64,000 bases of DNA from Trichinella spiralis. Taxonomy: Eukaryota. The stretch covers positions 2,158,123-2,222,122 of the forward strand of contig NW_003526948.1 of NCBI RefSeq assembly GCF_000181795.1, in the 5' to 3' direction. The first letter of the stretch is position 1. Every line of letters starts with the position of its first letter. This document shows positions 1 through 14,267 of the stretch, in pieces. Position numbers and translations under genes: made by a program. Under the pieces are notes generated by a model. It was not told where the DNA came from and made no database searches. It was given only the letters and a program-made list of their open reading frames with translations.

Positions 1-815
1 GAACTTTCCAGAACTATAGTTTTGCATTTAGCATATTACAAAAAAAGCGAAATTTGTGACAAAGCTTACTTTCGAAAATCGCAAAACAGCAAAGACTATA
101 GCCTTGCTTTTTTGAAAAGTCGAAAATTTTAAATTCTTGCGAAAATGATTTCAATTGATTAGAAAAAATAAATTAATCACTACTAACCTAGTCGCACGTT
201 TCATGAAAGCGTATTTGCCGAGATATTGGAATAAAACTTGCAGAATGATGCGATTTTAGTAGGAGAAAGGGAAAACGAAATAAAACAAGTGAACTTAATG
301 AAAAGCAACAAAATTCCATTCTATGATTATTTATACAAGAATTACGTCTTATTTCCTCCAGGCAATGTTCGTGATCGTAATGGCATTTGTGCCTGAAATG
401 CATTTTTGTAATACAGTAATCTTCAAATTAAAAAAATTTTATTTGAGCAATTTTATTGATTGCACACGATATAGATACGTTAATTAATTGAAGTTGAACA
501 CATGAATTACACTTTTCATTCAATATTGGATTATTTCTGTCAGACAATGATACCTTTACCAGCAAGCCATTCTGTCACATATCTTTGATAATAATTAATG
601 ATAATAATTCAAAGGATCCTGTAATTAAGAGTGTACATAATGCTTCCATATATCGAAGAACATCACTTCTTTATTACATTGTACTTCCCCNNNNNNNNNN
701 CCATCTTGCATTCTTGTGTTTTTAAGTGTACTAGAATTCATGCAATAAAACAATGTAATAATAAATAAAAAATTAATGTAGTTTACAATGTGATATCTTT
801 AACTTCATTACAGAG

Positions 816-1840
816 AAAACGCCACTGCACTTTCACCGCACACTGTACGCCAACAACCATTAAAGCTGAAGCCACGTCAGCTTACGTACAGCAGTGGAAT
901 AAAAATTTGCATAGATTTTCTGGTAAACAAGTCTTACTGTGGCTGCTTTTCAGTACTTTGAACAAACGAAAATTTTCACGACTTTTAATCTAAAATCACA
1001 CCAAAAAGATGATTATATGAGTTTGAAGTTTACAGTAATAATTATTATGTTCTTTTCGACGACTAGATACCGTTGAATTCAATGAAAACATAAGCAAAAT
1101 GAATTTACGAATGAATCTTCATAGATTTATTAAAAGTTCAGGATTGTGGTAAGCTATAGCTGAAAAGTAAACAAACGTTAAGGCAACGTTCAAAAATTTG
1201 CATGCGATTTCTGGTAAACAACTACAATACCAGTTTTTCATTACGCTGAGTTGTTGCTGTTCTGGATTGTAATGAATAATTTTGAAATTATGTAAATAGA
1301 AAACAGCAGTTTAAACGTATCTACTTTTACCAATTCTGGTGGTGCTTCCTAGTTAATGAGCAGTATTGTTCAATCGAAATACACCTTTTTTGAGCCATAA
1401 CATTACATGTAATGAAGCTCTCTCAGTGAACGTAATCTAGCGTATCTAATTTGCCGCGTCAGCAAAGTGAACGAGCGCTCGGTTACTAATAACAGTATCG
1501 CTTCAAGAAAAACTGATTTGCATAATTGAAAAAAATACCTAAAAGTAATGTTAATCAAAAAAGAATAGCAGTATTAAACTTCAGTGCTGAATGAATTTCA
1601 TTATAATTTTCTAAATATAACTTTCATTATAATCATTAATTGCTTCCAGTTGAGAATAATTAATTTCCTCGACAACTACACCGGAACACGTCGTCTGTTT
1701 ATTATGTTTATTAATTGTTAATATTTGTTTTTTAAAAAGCATGCAATAAAATTTAAAATAAATAAAATGAAATAAAAAAAGAAGAAATGCAATAAAATTT
1801 CAACAACGGGACAAAATGTAAAACAGTGACAAAGAAAACA
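816..1840 (+). repeat. ~1 kb segment duplicated at 46725-47735
   Basis: Near base-for-base identity by eye; differences are concentrated at the ends of the second copy. Confidence 0.95.
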
Positions 1841-1895
1841 ATGAAGGAAAGTAAGCAAAAAGACTGGGAAGGTGATGATCAGTTGAACAGTGCTG

Positions 1896-4800
1896 TCACA
1901 TTTCTGCCAAGTCACTGTAAATGGACAATTCGATTTTCTCGATGACATCCTGCGCGTGGATTGGACGTCGGCTAGTTTCACTGGCAACGTTGCACAAGGT
2001 GAAGTAAAGTTCTGACAAATCAGTCAAAGAGGAAAGCTGGCGTTTATTTAAAAAGTTGATCAAACAATTTCCCGCCGCTTTTTCTGTGTTAACGGTAATA
2101 GTGGTCGATTCCGTAACACCTAGCTAAAAATGTCAACTTGCTAATCAACTTGAATAGACAACGAACAAACACACAACCAACCAACCTTGGTGCGCAGCAA
2201 GAATGCAATTCTTTTCACAAATGGCCAAAATTGATCCGTACCTACGTCACTGAAGTGGGGGCTGCAAAAAATCCATTCGTACCTAAATCATTAAAACCCC
2301 ATCCTCTTTATGAACGAGAACAGCGCGAGCTGTGCTGAACAGGTTGACTCACATTTGAAATTCGGGCAAATGGGTTGAAGAATACAGCATCAAAGTGCAC
2401 AAAAGCTTATTCGCGTGCAAGTACAACTGCAACCATTGGTCCTCTCTGGCACACCTGAATCAACAAAGTAATCAAATGCATAAATTCATTATATGTTCGT
2501 GGAATTGGAAGTTGCAGTTGGAATGCAATTTAAAAGTAAAAATACCGGTAATCTTCGGCAGACGAATTGCCAACTTCGATGTGATTTTCCAAACGTTTCA
2601 ACACTTGCACAATTTCGTTTATAATAATGTACCAAAAGTGAGGCAAATTTTTCGACGACAAACGAATCACCAAAGCGCGAAAGCAGATGAATATTGCCTT
2701 GTGAATGTGCGGCACGTGGGACAAGCGTAAATTTTCCGTGATGCGGTCTTGAAGAAAAAAAAAGAACAGATTCGACATCAATCAATTGAAATTGTACAGG
2801 GAAAGGGGGTGAAAAAAGGATAATAGTGCAAATCCATTACCTTGAATTTCAGTCAAAACATCATCGTACTGATCAACGGCGGTACTGAGCAGCAAAAATG
2901 ACAGTCGACGTAAAGCTGCTGCGCGTAATTCATATTCTTGCTCTTTGGAAAGAAACAAACTCTGTGGTGCAAAAACACGACCTATACAACAACAACAACA
3001 TGACGTTAATCAGTAATAATGTTATTAAAATAAAGCTCAAAAAGTGTTCATATATGAAAAAAAATTAATTACTGACGATATCTTTGGACAGTATTCGCAA
3101 GCGTTCAATCACAATCGTCCACTTTTTCAAGCAAGAGATGGACATTTTGAAAAAGGACGGGTCGATGAATATTTCGAAGGCGGTTTTTCGCCAAGCTGAA
3201 AACAATTCCGAATGTTCACTCAGCTGAACGAGAAGGCCGGTGGCGTTTTCAAAATTGATCCTATTGCCGGCCACATTTTTCGCTTTCAAAAATGGCAACA
3301 AATTCACCCAAACGCTGTTGAACAAGTGCAGCAAACGTTCGGCGTCTTCCTTCTTGTACAAATAGTTGACGATGATCATCAGACGCTGGAATTGAAAAAA
3401 AAATTCACAGTTTTGAAAATTAAGCAAAAAATGACACCCAAAATTTAAAACTGGCCCAAAACCTTGGAAAGGAGAGCGATTGCTTTTTGACAGTAGATGA
3501 ATTTTTTCCTCTTGGAGAGGCACTCCTCTTCGCCGACAGGGCTGATGTTGTCCAAATTCGGACAACTGCCAGAAGAAGAAGCTCTGCTCGACGACGGTTC
3601 AGTTTTTACACTTTCCTCTTCATGAATCTTCACCACGAAAGTCCTCTTCAACCAGTACGGCTGTTCAAGCTGTTGGCTAATCATCTCGTTCAACATGCCG
3701 ACCAATTTCAAAGCAACATCCTGAAAGTGTACTATTTTTTTTAGCAATCAAAGTGCAAAATATTAATAATCAAAATCACTTGACAATCTTTGGTGCAAAG
3801 AATGTTCTGCTCATTTTTCAAACGAAATATGGCATCGGTAAAAATTCTAAAAAAACAACAACAACAACTTTTTCTCCATTTTGGATCAAAGCAGAATTGT
3901 AAAGAACAAATCAACAAATGAATCATACTTGAAAAGGAGGAATTTCGACCGCCCATGCGTGATCATCTGCAAGCACTGAAGTAACAGGTCGCAAACCGAC
4001 GTCCAAGCAGCTTTCAAGTCGCACAGAGGAGCCGTTTGCACGGTGCAGTGAACCATTTCCAGCAACAGAATTTCCAACGGGATACGTTCCTGAAGTGAAA
4101 AGTGGAAATGAAATTTTTACAAAAAATATCCAGATTCGATCGAAACAACGATCAAACAATAAATACGCATTCGCGGACCTGAGTGTCGGATTTGTATTTC
4201 ACGCTGATGGGATGTTTGATTGTTTCACCGTAAGCTTTGATCAGACTGTCCAAAGGGAGAACGTTGATTTGCAATAACTGCGCCACCAGTTCACACTGGC
4301 TTTCGGAATACGGATGACAGTACTGGACGTTCGACGTTGGAATCGAGTGTTGTTGCTGTTGTTGCTGTTGCTGCTGCTGTTGGCGGTGGTCATCTTCCTG
4401 ACACGACCAGACCAGTGCAAATGAAGAAAGCAGGTGAGTTGGAAAGTTGAGTACGAGAGGACTGAGAAATTCCACAATTGAACTCAAAACAAGCTAAAAA
4501 CAAAAAGCAAACAATAGTGTAAAATAAATTAAAAGCCAAATGCAAAGAATTGACCTCTGAGGATCGCACTGATGCAGCTGTTGTCGGCATTCTTCTCTTG
4601 GCCATGCTCCACAATCTGCTCATCAAGAACAATATATTTGGAAAAGCTGACAAAATTTGCCAACGTTGAAAGACAACGGATTGCACGAAACTGTTATCCG
4701 AATCTGCGTTGTCCAGCTGCAAAAGAGCAGAATAACAAAAGATGCAAATAAAAAATGGAAAATTATCGAACAAAAATTATCGTCAGAAAACAACATCATA

Positions 4801-7800
4801 CCGGAGAGGTGTCGTTGAAAGTGAACGCTTTGAACAAATTTTGCAAAATCCCAGGCTTGGTTTCGGCAGTGCCGCCGGCCGGGACGGGGCAGAGGCTTTT
4901 CGACACGGCCGGCTCGACCGCGTTGACTCTGTAATTTTCCGCAAACGAGTCCAACAAGGACGAGTGCAAGAGCAAAATGAGCAAGTCGAACACCGTGTGC
5001 ACGTAATTTTCAGGATACACTGAGTCCGAAGCCGACAGGGCGCCGGCCTGGGGAAACAGAGGGGGCAGCCGGGCGGTGCCGGTTGAACGACAATAAGCCG
5101 ATTCGACATTGCAAAGCGCCTGTTCGACGCTGTTCACTATGACCAACGGCCCCACCGAGCCGAGGAACGGCACGCTGTCGACCACGAAGCGGAGCCAAAT
5201 TTCGTGAAATTCGCAACCGGCTTGCAGAGCTTTGAGTATCGTACTCGCGAACAGACGCTTCTTGGCCAGTATCAACCTCTGCTCGACGACACTCAGGCCG
5301 CCATTGGCTTGCAGCTGATCCGAAGAACGTTCGTCCATCCAGATCTTGCTCACGGTGTGCTCGATTCGCAAAAACGACTGCACAAACCGAAGCAACCAGT
5401 GCTGGTAGACAGAGAACGAGTCGACCATCGTGGAACCGGTACAACTGCAACACAGAGCCAATATGCAATTATATGATTATAACAAATTCACAAGCAGAGA
5501 AGGAGAAACTCACAAATTGAATTGGACAATTGCTTCGGAGAATGTTCGTCTGGCGTTTGACGATTCAGTTGTATTTTGAACGTCGAACACGGTCGCCATC
5601 AGCAAGTGCAAAATGCACTTTTGCACTTTGCAACGGTCGAGCACGTCGGCCAGATGCAGCAGCAACGACGAACCATTCTCAGCTGCCAGCTGGTCAACGG
5701 CCACAAAGCATTCGGTCAAGAAGCGCAGGCAAGCGATTTTCACCCTTCTGCCCAGATGTTGAATACGCAAACGCTGCCCCGACGTGGTTGGGTTGTTGAT
5801 AAAGACGCTTCTCAAAATGTACGTGGAAAACGTCAGCAACAAATCCATGTAGAGCACGCAATACGTGAGCCGGTCGTCGTCCGAACCATCCTCCTAATGA
5901 TGATATATAGAAGCAATATGTGTGCATGTGAATGGGTAGGTGTGTCATTTATTACACGGCAATCAAAAAATGCAAAAACTCACAATTTTCGAATCCACCC
6001 TGCCAGATATGGACAAACGGTGAAACTTCATACAGTGAGTCAAACGCGTGTGCACATTCGGAAAATACGTGCGGCCAGAGTTGGCGGCAAAAACAGGCGT
6101 GCTGAGCAACGTCTTGGCGAAATTGGCCGGCGAATAGCGCAACACCAGCGCCAAACAATTGTAAGCGTGCAGAAGCGGTTCAGGATCGTACCAATGACGG
6201 TAAAGCAACAAATGCGCATGCAACGGATGGTACCAGAAACTGCCAGCCGGAGCTTGATCGGCAGCAGTCGGATGCGGGGAAATCGGTTTCACGTCATCCG
6301 GCCGGGCCGTCTTGTCCGCTGGCAACAAAGACATGCTGTTTCCGTATATCACGCTTTCAGTCAGTCGTTCGGACAACCGTGCATTCAAATCACCATCATC
6401 TGCACCGTCGTCGAACAACTGACCGTCCACATTTGCACAAGCACTCGAATTATTGTCTCTGCAATGGCAAAAAAAAAATACACAAGATCACACAATTATA
6501 TTACGAATAGTGCCGACAAGATTGACAAGAGGAGAAAGTGAGAATTCCACTCACGATTGCTTGAACAGAATCAACTTTTGCAAATCTACGGTCCATTTGG
6601 CTTCGTTGTCCATGCACAAGTGGTAAAGCTTATGCTGCGGTGATTCCACCAACTGCAACTCGTACAAATGCTCTTTTCCTTCGACCTTGGCCAAATTCAA
6701 CTGCTGCACCGAAAATCGAGCCGACGCCGGGTCGGCCAATTTCAAGCAAATCACCTGCAACAGGCAAGCAAGATCGCCGTGCTGTATCACATTCGTCAAC
6801 CAGCTTTGACAAATCAACGCAAACTTATCGTCGCCATTAATGCCGCTAATCATCGCAAGCACAGCCCTGAAAAACAAATCATGATCAATAAAAATACAAA
6901 TAATTAAATATTCAATTAAATGTCAAATTCATCATCCACAATCTATCTGCCTACTAATCAAATTTGAGCAAATGAACAAAACTATATAAAACAGCCTACA
7001 AATCAAGCGGATTCAGTTCCACTGGATATCGATAAGTGCTTTTCGTCTCATCACTGAACAACGACCAGACGAAGGCATACTTCGATGCTGCTTGGGCGCG
7101 AACAGACTAGGATAAAAATTATTTTTTTTTTCTTTTATAAAAGAAAAATAATACAATTGAATATACCAGGTCTTCAGAGGAGAGATTTTTCAAAATGAAG
7201 CTTTCACATTTTTGAGAAAACAGTGAACTTATATAAACAAACACTCGTCCAGCGGCTAATGCATGCTGTTGATTGAATTCAATTGCATTCCAACTGGTGT
7301 ACATGATGCTCTTGAAAACAGAAAAATTAATTTACAATATATACACATACACACATGCACATCTATAAATACATCCGCATAATTGTCAACGTTGGTATGA
7401 GCGAAAAGTGTTTTGCCGAACAACAGCATCAAAGTAGGTATTTCTCCGTTCAATGATTGTTCAGCAGATGCGTCGTCCATTCGTTGCACGTTGATGAAAT
7501 ACAAAATCATCTGAGCACAATAAAATCCAATCTTCATATCCGAACCCAACGACATTGTAACAATTTGTTCCACCAACAAGTGGACATCCATATGATCACC
7601 TTCAAAACGAAACAGGCAAATCATTACCAACCAAAAACCAAAAACAGCAACAACAAAATAATAATAATTAATAATCTGAATCATCTCTACGCACTGATGT
7701 CGCATGACGGTAACGGAAACTCTAACACGTGCATTATCAATTCACAGACGGAAAATAACACTTTTCTCGAGCTTGGCATCTTCAAATTGGCATACAGTTG

Positions 7801-10053
7801 ACGTAGGAGCGCATTGACAACATTGAAAAAATTACTAAAATGTTTAACAGTGTCCGCGGATATTATTTCGTCAACAATGATCCCCTGAAAATGGAAACAA
7901 AAGGAGAAAAATTAATAAATTTCCATTCAAAATTAATCAAATCCTTATCGAAAACTTATTTTGTTTGTTCCCTTACCAGTTTATTTTTCAAATTTTCCGA
8001 CAAACCAACAGCTGTTTTGAGAATAGTTTCCACAGTTTCGTTGTGCAAATCAGTTTCATCAAAAATTATTGAAATTAATCTTTCCAATAATTTCACTCGC
8101 ATGTTCATATTCAATGTTGCATGTATGACCTGTTCAAATAAAAAACCTGCCATTACTATTATCCAATATTCAAATCAACCAACTGCTCACCACATCGGTA
8201 CAGTTGTGCAAAATGATCATCAGGCGACAAATTCGCACCAGTAGCGATTCATTTGTTTCACGTCGATTAATGATGGTGATCATGTGATTCCAAATGTAAT
8301 CGTTTGGCAATTTAGATAATAAAACGTCGAGTTGCTGAAAAAACAGATCCTTCCCATCACAGTTTGTCCACTGATTTTCACTCGGAGAAGTGGAAAATCG
8401 TTCGACCGCGAGCAAGCACGACAAAAGTACATGATCGGTAATTTCCTTGCTCAGCAGTGGCTTCTCAAACAGGCATAACAAAAGGTGGATCGTCTGAAAA
8501 GCAAACCGATGAATAAATAATCCACACTGTTCAACAGTAAATAAATTAATCTTACACGAATACACTGGGCCCAGCTAACATCTGCAGCTTCCAACAAACT
8601 GTCCAATGACTTCAGCACTACATCCTTGGCGTGTTTTTTGAAATAAGACAAGTCGGTATGTTTGCTGCGTGAACCGCACAGCCAGTGGAACAGACGACGG
8701 TTCAAGGAAAGATCATTGCGAAGCATTACAAAAATACACTTTTGAACGAGACGGAAAACATCTTCACGCAATAAACAATCTGTGTGCAATGGAAAAGCTG
8801 CCAAAACAAAATCCAACAGCCGACGCTGCACGAGAGGCATCTCATCTTCGGCACACAAACAGAGGGCGTCAATCGAAAATTTGAATAAAAAAAGTTAAAT
8901 CATGTTTATTTTAAAAAATAAACAAATCAACAAACAATACGCAATACCATTCGATTCAAGTCGTTGCCAATGATGCACATCTGATCTTCGATTGAACGTT
9001 CTGGGCTGTATCTCCTACTTACAAACAACAGAGCGGAAAGACGAGTCGACGGAGTTGTAATAACGCAATACCAAAGACGAGTGAAAAATTCTCCTGGACC
9101 AACTTTGTCACAGACGGCGTTCAACATATTCAAACATCTACCATATGAACAAAATCGTAATTAAATTATGTAAAGTTAAATTAAATAATAAGCAAATGCT
9201 CACTGGTCGAAAAATTCAGAACCCTCTTCCACTACTGGCAGTACGCTGTTCAGAAAGCCGCACAAGGCTGGCAGAAGTTTAACGCCCAAAGGAATGAAAT
9301 GCTTTTCAAAAATTTTCAGCAATTCCCTCTTCACCTGGATGGAGGCGTTCAAAAACAGTGGAAATAAACTAGATGCATATAAATGTAAACTGTTCGCCAG
9401 ATCCGATTCACCCAACAGATCGAATATTATTTCATAACATTCCAAAGCTTTAATATGAACACCTACAGGTAATGACGGGTGAAAGCAGTAAGACAGCTGC
9501 TTTGAAATTTGTACATCTCGAGGAACAACGCCAAATTTAGAATTGGCGGTCAACAGCTAAAAATAAACAAATACTATCAATATCAGGAAGATAAAAATTA
9601 TACACCACAACAGCTCCAAATGTTTTTTTATCATCAAAGCGAAGTGTCAAAAGCTATAAAAGCTGTCGTAGTAAAACAAAATATAAAACAGTACACTGTT
9701 TAACAGAAATTTAACATTCATAATTTACAGTGTTCAACAATTTCAAAAACGAATAAAACCTCTGGTCGACGGTGATCGTCATTCTTATTAAAACTGTTCA
9801 AAAATATAAATTAAATCACCGTATCATTTCACACTGCCAGCCAGCGAAATATAAAGAGCAATAAAGTAAAATTATTTATTAAGTCGCTTACTCTATTAAG
9901 TTTATCTAAAGCTACGATCCTATCCACCCATTGCACGGATGTTTCAAAGTTTTTCAACGACTTCTCCACTGCAATTTCAAATGCCTTGTATTCCGGACTA
10001 GATGATAAAATATCCGCTTCTGCTTTCATTCTGCTTTCGGGTAGCATTGTCAT
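1896..10053 (-). CDS. pad-1: Dopey/DOP1 family protein (pad-1 ortholog), multi-exon, endosome-Golgi trafficking
   Basis: N-terminal Dopey_N motifs: YKAFEIAVEKSLKNFETSVQWVD, KQLSYCFHPSLPVGVHIKALECYEIIF, RNDLSLNRRLFHWL. C-terminal IFICFRALVIRLSSKNLPHFWYIIINEIVQV. Last exon reads ...IELSIYSDLAEM-stop (TGA at 1896-1898). ATG at 10053. Many short introns; internal exons not all resolved. Confidence 0.9.
4350..4382 (-). repeat. Mixed CAG/CAA tract encoding ~11 Gln inside a pad-1 exon
   Basis: Plus-strand ttg/ctg triplets, in frame with the exon reading DDHR(Q)nHSIP. Confidence 0.85.
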
Positions 10054-10307
10054 CGGCAAATGTCGAAGAAATTCCTACAAAATTATTTTCATTATAACTA
10101 ATATCAAATCATAAATAAAAATAAAAAACAAGAAAAAACAAAAACTCTGTTATACGAAAAATATATTAAAATAAAACTCGGTGAAACACTAACCACGGCA
10201 ACAAAACTGTAACGACTGCTTAACAATTAATTCCCTGTCACTTGATTGCTAAAATACAGTAAGTTTATAAAATGCAAGTATGACCAATAGTTAATATGTA
10301 TTTTACA

Positions 10308-10402
10308 TGTCACTTTAAAATTTACTTTTTAAAAACTTTTAAGTGATCACTTTAAAATTTGTTACTTTTTAAAAACTTTTCAGTCATCACTTAAAAATTT
10401 AA
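10308..10402. repeat. Short AT-rich tandem duplication (~40 bp x ~2.5) upstream of pad-1
   Basis: Unit tcactttaaaattt(gt)tactttttaaaaactttt(a/c)agt occurs twice, plus a partial third copy. Confidence 0.7.
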
Positions 10403-11113
10403 TTTGTAATTAGACACTAATAATTCAAATACTTACGGAATGCAAAAGTATTTACATTACGTTTCGGCAGTGGCATACACGCGTTACTGTACATCCATCT
10501 GCCAGCATTTAATAATATTTCTCTGTTAATATTTTTTAAAGATCAACTGATCATAACCGCTTCACAAAAAAAACATAAATAATGCTTTGCATTTTTCAGA
10601 TTTTCAATGTAAGATCAATTCCATTCGTTTAAAAATTTTACTTGCATTAATAAAAATAATTTTTATCAGTAAATAAATAAATTAATATACATAAACTAGT
10701 ATTTAATTTTTTTTAACTTCAACAAAAATGCGTCGCTTACTAACAGAATCCAAGTACGAGTCAGTTCGTGATGACTCACATACATGATGTTTTTACATGT
10801 TGATACATGCTGAACTAATGAATGGCGTACTGAAACATGCTTCATACGACTAGCATTAGTAACAATAGCATCTAAATGTCAACGATTGTAATAAAACCTG
10901 TTTAATCAAACAAAAAATCAGCAGAAAGCAATAATTTCGAACTTCCTTTTGATGTAAATGAACATTTAGAATACAAAATTTAATGCACATAAATTAAAAA
11001 ATGCGTACATTAAAATGCAAAGAAAACAATTTTAAAAAATTGGAAAAATAAATATCCGTACTGCAATATTCAATTCAAATAATAAAGAAATAAGCAGCTC
11101 GAGATGAAGAAAA

Positions 11114-12886
11114 TTAATTGTTGTTCTTCTTCAAATTTTCAAATCGACGAGACAATTCATCGAAATCAAATTTCTTTTCATTTTCAGCAGAATTTACGTT
11201 GACGTCAACTCCCTTATCTTCAGTACGTTCATTGTGATCTACATCAGAGAAATTAATTTCCAAAAAAAGTAACCGGATTAGGTACATACATACCCTTTTC
11301 AGGCAAATCCATGATGCTTTCTGGGGCCGTTGGAAGAAGCGGAGCGCTTGGAAGAACCACTTCAGTGGTTGTTTCAAAATGAAGAGAACGTAAATCCTAC
11401 AATTACCAAATAAATCAAAAAAGAATAGAAAATTTATGCCATAACATGATACCTTCACAAAACGTTTATCCTCATCTGAATTATCATTTTCCAAATATGC
11501 ATCCACCTTCGGCTCCAATACTTCAGGATAAAGCGGATGCTGTGCTGCCGAATTTGTTTGTACTTGGCCAGGATTTTCAAAATATGATGGCGGAAAAATC
11601 CAACCCAATTCTTGCTGAAATACATAAATCACATTTAACAGTTCGTATGCTTCAGTTAGAATGGCAAAATTGTTGAAACAATGGTGTTGAATAAGTTGAA
11701 TACAACTTTTGAATAATACACAGTTACAAATAAAAGCATTTAATAAACAACACTTTCTACAATACCTTTGGCTTCTGAGTTTTGTTGAAATCAGTATCCA
11801 AATCAATCAACGATCCTTCAGCTGCTGAAACGTCGCTTTCCTCTTTCATATATCGTTCATCTGGAGTGTATGGTACTTGATGACTTTTTGCTATTTCAAT
11901 CATGTATCTATAAATAGTTTAAAAGAATATGACATAAAAATCAATTACAGTCGTACCACTTCATGCAAACCAACTTATTATTAGTTTCAATTATTTGAAC
12001 AAAAAGCAAGTGAAAATTCAACACAACGCTGAATTCACAAATTGATAATGTTTCCATATTTGAATATCATTGAATGTCTAGCGCATTATTTTACTTCAAT
12101 TTGATTAGAAATTATCAATGACAAAATACAACCTTGCAAGTAGGTAAGTTGTTTTGTTAAATAACAAAATTTTACTAAAATTGTGTATAACTAATACAAA
12201 AGCTTATAAAGTTTCAAAATAAACAAAAAAATAAAAATAAAAGGTTCACTTTTCAACTAACGATGGCGATGGTGTATGAATGCTTAGCTTTTGCAAAAGT
12301 TTACAATTCACTTTGGCAAATTTGTTTTCTCGACAACCGTTCACAAACTGCCTTCCATATTTTATAGCCAGTTGGTCGGATATAACCTAAAATTTTAAAT
12401 ACTGATAAATGAAAGAATTTAATAAGAACAAAAAATAAAAAGAAACAGAACGCGCATACTTTCAGTTCAGGAACTTCAGTCATCAAACGAGGACTGGCCC
12501 AGAGCAAACTGTTCACAGCTTCTTCCAAGCCACTGTCCAGAGTCCTGAAAAATAAGTCAAACAATATAATTAATAAGGAGCGTGTTTTATTTAAAATAAA
12601 AGGAAAAACAAGCTCACTTCATTTGTTGAATGAAATCAAATCTAGTCAACAGAAGATCGCACAATATTTCAACAAATTCGAAAGCTTCAATGCTGTAATC
12701 TTCGAGAATAATCTGTTCGACACGGATTCGAGCTCGATCTGCTTTGTTCTGTGTAATAAAATCAGCAATCTCTTTTCTAGCCTTTTGCCCCATCTCAGAT
12801 TTCTTTTTGCCCAACAGCTTCAACCGATTCATCGCCAGACGCAGATTAGTCTTCAATTTTGTGTAATTTGGGCCGACCGTGAACAT
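11114..12886 (-). CDS. IST1: IST1 homolog (ESCRT-III-like regulator of VPS4), multi-exon
   Basis: KLKTNLRLAMNRLKLL, RARIRVEQIILED, EILCDLLLTRF, LEEAVNSLLWASPRL and YMIEIAK match the IST1 core. C-terminal MIM1 FDFDELSRRFENLKK. Splice phases of the 3' exons are consistent. Confidence 0.95.
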
Positions 12887-13892
12887 ACTGAACAACTGAA
12901 ACTGAAACAAAAGAACACCATAAAAATAAATAAAGTATCATATATAAAATACTGTTGAAAAAATGCAATCCAACGAACAGTGCACTCGGAACAAATGGAA
13001 TAAAAACAGCTGGTCGTCTGAAAACAAAATTTTTCTATTTTCCAGTTATAATGAAAAATAGTAAACAATTTTTATTAAATTAAAAGTTAAAAACACATGG
13101 TTTAAGGAAACATTCAAATAAAATTACTTTAATCAATTATTTTTTGATCTTTTATTTAAAACATTCATTACATGAAAAAACAATGACTCACTCCAGGTTG
13201 TTTTACTGTAGAAAAAATAATCAAGAACAAAAAAACTAATAAAAGATTGCAATGAAAATGTTTTGATTTTGAACAATAAATTATTTAAAAAACGCTTTTA
13301 AGTTAAATTAAAAATTTTTTTTATTAAAATTAAAAATTTTTTTCATTTTATTTCAAAAATTTGCAATATGGGGGAAATTTTAACATTTAGAGTTGAAAAA
13401 CGTAAAAATGTTCAGTTCTTGGTTTCCATAGTTGGAAAGGTTGTTTGTAGTTGAAATTTATTTCGAATGATTTAAAGTATTCAATTGATATCTTTTACAG
13501 TTTGCTGCACCGAAGCGCATAATTGAAACCTGCGCAAAATAAAGAAAAAAATTTTTTTTCAATTCTCATTTTCAGTTAGCCAAAATGCACTGCCAGCTTG
13601 TTGATCAGAAAATTGATTTTACCGGCACCAAATCAGGAAAATTGTCAAATTGTTTTACGCTGTCGAAGTTCTATAATAGCATGTTGGTAAAAATTACAGT
13701 CGACAGTGTCGTGTAGCCACATGTTGAGAAAAGATTTAAAAAATGTCGAATCAGACAAAATTTTGAACACCGAGCAACAAAAGTTGAGAAAAAAAAATGT
13801 GAATAATGATTACAACTTGATTTCACAAATCAGTACGTTGGAAAGGAAAAGAAAGCATGAGAAGAAGATGAAGATTGTTTTTCATTCTTCTT

Positions 13893-14267
13893 TTAACCGT
13901 TTGAATCACAATTTTCGTTGCGATGTTGTTGTCGTAGTTGCTGAAAGGTGATCTCTTCCAACATCCGGAGTCGATCTTCCATTCTCTGCAGAGCACCGTA
14001 AATTTCAGATGTAAATTCCACAAAAGAAATTTGCATGTTTAAAAATATTCGCTGCAGTCGTGCATCGTCCATGAATTGTTTTACTTGAAGTAAATTGACA
14101 AAAATTAATTTTATATAAATAAATACAAAGAAAAAATTCAATATATCTATGATAGTATACATTCTTGAAGTGAGGTGATATTTTTGTTAATTTACAAGAA
14201 AAAAAGAAAAGTAGAAATGAAAAATATTCATACTTCGTTGAAAATCGTTCAGATCGAATCTATCCAT
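13893..14267 (-). CDS. Small (74 aa) coiled-coil protein, HSBP1-like
   Basis: Two exons, 14234-14267 and 13893-14083, joined in phase 1 by a GT..AAG intron, giving MDRFDLNDFQRIKQFMDDARLQRIFLNMQISFVEFTSEIYGALQRMEDRLRMLEEITFQQL... The pattern MQxxFxxxxxxIxGxxxxMxxRxxxLE aligns without gaps to the HSBP1 core as I recall it. Confidence 0.6.

Noticed and set aside
5576..6541. 321-aa plus-strand ORF
   Set aside because: Antisense to GC-rich pad-1 exons; Q/H/R-rich with no domain, typical of a shadow ORF.
2138..9703. Other short plus-strand and off-frame ORFs overlapping pad-1
   Set aside because: Explained by the minus-strand Dopey reading frame.
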